64,000 bases of DNA from positions 64,001 through 128,000 of the forward strand of contig JBBFKW010000008.1 of assembly GCA_037481835.1 (NCBI GenBank), read 5' to 3'. Both the position numbers and the translations under genes were made by a program. The first letter of the stretch is position 1. Every line of letters starts with the position of its first letter. This DNA is from Desulfosoma sp. GTDB taxonomy: Bacteria > Desulfobacterota > Syntrophobacteria > Syntrophobacterales > DSM-9756. The notes beneath the pieces are model-generated. The model did no database searches and was not told the origin of the DNA. It saw only the letters and a list, made by a program, of their open reading frames with translations. This document shows positions 61,224 through 64,000 of the stretch, piece by piece.

Positions 61224-64000
61224 ATGCGGGAAAAACGCCTTGGCTGTGCCGTCACCATATGGTTCGTTCTTACAATGCTTTGCGGAATCTCGGAAGGCCA
61301 AATCGTCCGGGTTTGCACCTACGATGGATTCCCTCTGACCTTTCGCGACCCATCGGGCAAGCCGTCCGGTCTTTTCGTCGACATTCTGAATGAGATCGCT
61401 CAGAAAGAAAAGTGGTCGTTGGCATACCGCCACGACGCATGGCAAAATTGCCTAAATGCCGCTCGGGACAATGATGCGGATCTTTTGGTGGCTATTGCGG
61501 AAACCGAGGATCGGCGATCATATGTGCGATTCAGCCGTGAAACCATCCTCGTGAATTGGGGTGTTCTTTTTACAAGCAAAGATCATCCCATCGAAAGCAT
61601 CGTCCAGTTGCAGAATAAAAAGATCGCCGTCCTTCGCGGAGATGTCTATTTTCGACCGTTAGCCGATCTTCTGGATAGCTTCCGCATACCGGTGGACTAT
61701 GTGGAAGCCCCTTCTTACGACACCGTGATGACCATGCTGGAAGAGCATCAGGTGGACCTGGGCCTGGTGAACAGAATTTACGGGGCTTTCGCTCAAAACC
61801 GGTACCGAGTCCAAAGCACGCCCATTGTCGTGCACCCGGTGGAATTGAAATTCGCCGCTTCCCTGAACGCTTCTCCCATGCTGTGCGACATCATTGATCG
61901 GTACATAAAAGAATGGAAAAGACAAGAAAATTCCTTCTTGCAGGAGGTCTTTTCCCGTTGGCTTCAAATCCCTATGAAAACTCCAAGGGAAGCCCTTTTT
62001 CAGCGATATTTCTATGCGGCCTTGGGAGGGGCCTTTATCCTCGTCCTGCTTGCGGTTTTTTTGCGAAAACAGGTGGGCCATAAGGCACGTCTGATCCAAA
62101 AAGTCATCGGGCAGCTCACGGATGCCGAAGCGCAACGGCGAGCGGCCGAGGAAGCCCTGGCGGAAGCGGAGGACTGGTATCGTGCGGTATTCCAAAAAGC
62201 GGACGATGCTCTCTTGGTCCTCGATGAATCCGGGAAAATTATAGAATGCAATCCGGCTGCAACCCGCTTGTTCCAGCTCCGCTTGGAAGACTTCGTCGGC
62301 CGCACCCCCATGGATTTTTCTCCCGACCTGCAACCTGACGGCTCTGTTTCACGAGATCGTGGACGCTCACTTCTCGAGGCCACTATGGCCGGCTGTCCTC
62401 AGCGTTTCGGATGGCAGCATAAAACCCCTGATGGGAAACTTTTTGATGCCGAAGTGCAATTAAGCCTCTTGTTCCAAAAGGGACACGCCCGCGTTCTCGC
62501 CTCCGTCCGGGATGTCTCCCACCAAAAAGCTTTGGAAACAGAGCGAGAAAGACATCAGAAATACTTGGAAACCGTTCTCGACGGCATCCCTGTGGCCTTG
62601 TTTGTCATCGACCTGAAAGGCCATGTGGTTTTTTGGAACAGGATGTGTGAGACGATTACGGGCATGTCCAAGGAGGCGGTTCTCACTCGTCCCTTGGACC
62701 TCAGGCCGATTTTGGAAGGCAAAGACCTCCCCATCCCGGCTTTGCTTCTCTTGGAGATGACCCCGGAAGACTTTCTTCGAAGCCATCCTGAATGGAAAGC
62801 CCAGCCTCTTCCCTTCCATTCCGAAGGCATCCAGCTTACCGGCAAAATTCTGGTCCACGGCGAAAAGCGCTATGTCAGTGTCGTCGCAGCCCGTTTGCGT
62901 AACCAAAACGGGGAGTTGATGGGCGTCGTCCAGTGTGCTCGGGATATCACTCATGAAATCCAAATGCAAAAGCAGCTCTTACATTCTCAAAAAATGGAGG
63001 CCGTTGGGAAACTGTCCGGGGGGATCGCCCACGATTTCAACAACATTCTCACCATCATTTTGGGGTATTGCGACCTCATGCGAAAAAAGGCCGATCTGGA
63101 TCCCATGATCCTCAAGGGCGTTGACGAAATCGAAAAAACAGCCGAGAGGGCTTCCAACCTCACACGGCAGCTTCTGGCTTTCAGTCGCAAGCAGATCATG
63201 CAGCCCGTCGCCTTGGATCTCAATCGCCTCATTGAAGACCTAGCGAAAATGCTTGAGCGTCTCGTGGGAGAGGATATCCACATCGACCGACAGCTGGATG
63301 AAAATTTATGGGCTGTTTGGGCTGATCCAGTTTTTCTTGAACAAATCATTCTCAATCTCGTCATCAACGCCCGAGACGCTATGCCCTCGGGAGGTAAGCT
63401 GACCATTCAAACGAGCAATCTCGGCCTTACAAGAAGTCGGGATGCGGGGCTTTTTACCATTCGCCCCGGAGAATACGTGTGTTTGCGTGTGAGCGATACG
63501 GGACAAGGCATCGATCCCGAGGTGCAGCCTCGGATTTTTGAGCCGTTTTTTACGACAAAACCCGAAGGGCGTGGGACGGGCCTTGGTCTTGCCACGGTCT
63601 ACGGGATTGTGAAACAACTGGGCGGATACATCCTTTTGGAAAGCGAGCTGGGAAAAGGCACAACCTTTGATATCCTTCTTCCCAGGATTCTTATGAAACC
63701 CGATGAAACTCGACAGCCCCCTCCGTTGGAGACGCCTGTTGAAGGAAGGGGAAGCGAAACCATCCTCGTCGTTGAAGACGAAGAGGCATTGCGAAGCATG
63801 ATTGAAGAGGTTTTGGCCGGCAGCGGATATGGGATCCTCACGGCCTCCACAGGCGTGGAAGCTTTGGACATCTTACGCCGCGCGCCGGATGTTGACTTGG
63901 TGATCACGGATGTGGTCATGCCGGAAATGAACGGCGTCACTCTGAGCCGGGAAATCGCGCGGTACGCGCCCCATGTGCCCATTCTCTTCACATCCGGCTA
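61224..64000 (+). CDS. Hybrid sensor histidine kinase (periplasmic binding domain, PAS domains, kinase, receiver); runs off the window
   Basis: Hand translation of segments: MREKRLG…GLFVDILNEIA, QKMEAVGKLSGGIAHDFNN, NARDAMP, PFFTTK…GTGLGL, ILVVEDE, ITDVVMP, ILFTSG. Start and end segments are in the same frame. Confidence 0.9.
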   Translation, partial: MREKRLGCAVTIWFVLTMLCGISEGQIVRVCTYDGFPLTFRDPSGKPSGLFVDILNEIAQKEKWSLAYRHDAWQNCLNAARDNDADLLVAIAETEDRRSYVRFSRETILVNWGVLFTSKDHPIESIVQLQNKKIAVLRGDVYFRPLADLLDSFRIPVDYVEAPSYDTVMTMLEEHQVDLGLVNRIYGAFAQNRYRVQSTPIVVHPVELKFAASLNASPMLCDIIDRYIKEWKRQENSFLQEVFSRWLQIPMKTPREALFQRYFYAALGGAFILVLLAVFLRKQVGHKARLIQKVIGQLTDAEAQRRAAEEALAEAEDWYRAVFQKADDALLVLDESGKIIECNPAATRLFQLRLEDFVGRTPMDFSPDLQPDGSVSRDRGRSLLEATMAGCPQRFGWQHKTPDGKLFDAEVQLSLLFQKGHARVLASVRDVSHQKALETERERHQKYLETVLDGIPVALFVIDLKGHVVFWNRMCETITGMSKEAVLTRPLDLRPILEGKDLPIPALLLLEMTPEDFLRSHPEWKAQPLPFHSEGIQLTGKILVHGEKRYVSVVAARLRNQNGELMGVVQCARDITHEIQMQKQLLHSQKMEAVGKLSGGIAHDFNNILTIILGYCDLMRKKADLDPMILKGVDEIEKTAERASNLTRQLLAFSRKQIMQPVALDLNRLIEDLAKMLERLVGEDIHIDRQLDENLWAVWADPVFLEQIILNLVINARDAMPSGGKLTIQTSNLGLTRSRDAGLFTIRPGEYVCLRVSDTGQGIDPEVQPRIFEPFFTTKPEGRGTGLGLATVYGIVKQLGGYILLESELGKGTTFDILLPRILMKPDETRQPPPLETPVEGRGSETILVVEDEEALRSMIEEVLAGSGYGILTASTGVEALDILRRAPDVDLVITDVVMPEMNGVTLSREIARYAPHVPILFTSG

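Overview
GC-rich chromosomal window, probably from a Desulfobacterota/Syntrophobacteraceae-like bacterium (inferred from gene content and style only). It is mostly core metabolism. Housekeeping and amino-acid genes: fabD, an aroF operon with a tyrA-aroB fusion, rplM-rpsI-argC-truA-aminotransferase, livKHMGF, trpF, rarA, selB, mltG, trkAH, cutA. CoA metabolism: a partial ADP-forming acyl-CoA synthetase, a family III CoA-transferase pair, a carboxyltransferase and a fatty acyl-CoA ligase. Surface sugars: fdtA-fdtA-fdtB-like genes and a Wzx/Wzy polysaccharide locus. Signalling and transport: a kinase plus sigma54 regulator, a partial hybrid kinase, a rhodanese plus double YeeE/YedE module, NhaP and an MFS transporter. 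A decayed patch holds toxin-antitoxin and binding-protein remnants. The strongest unannotated signal is upstream of aroF: a 28-aa leader peptide (…FYFYYGWYY…) with an antiterminator and two near-identical tandem terminators that can cross-pair, i.e. a probable Phe/Tyr/Trp-sensing attenuator with a relay design. Also notable are a proteasome-beta-like gene heading an nfeD-SPFH cluster, nested MITE/REP mosaics, and an ABAB ~63-bp tandem array. No rRNA, tRNA, CRISPR array or transposase was recognised. All calls come from reading motifs by eye; no searches were run.
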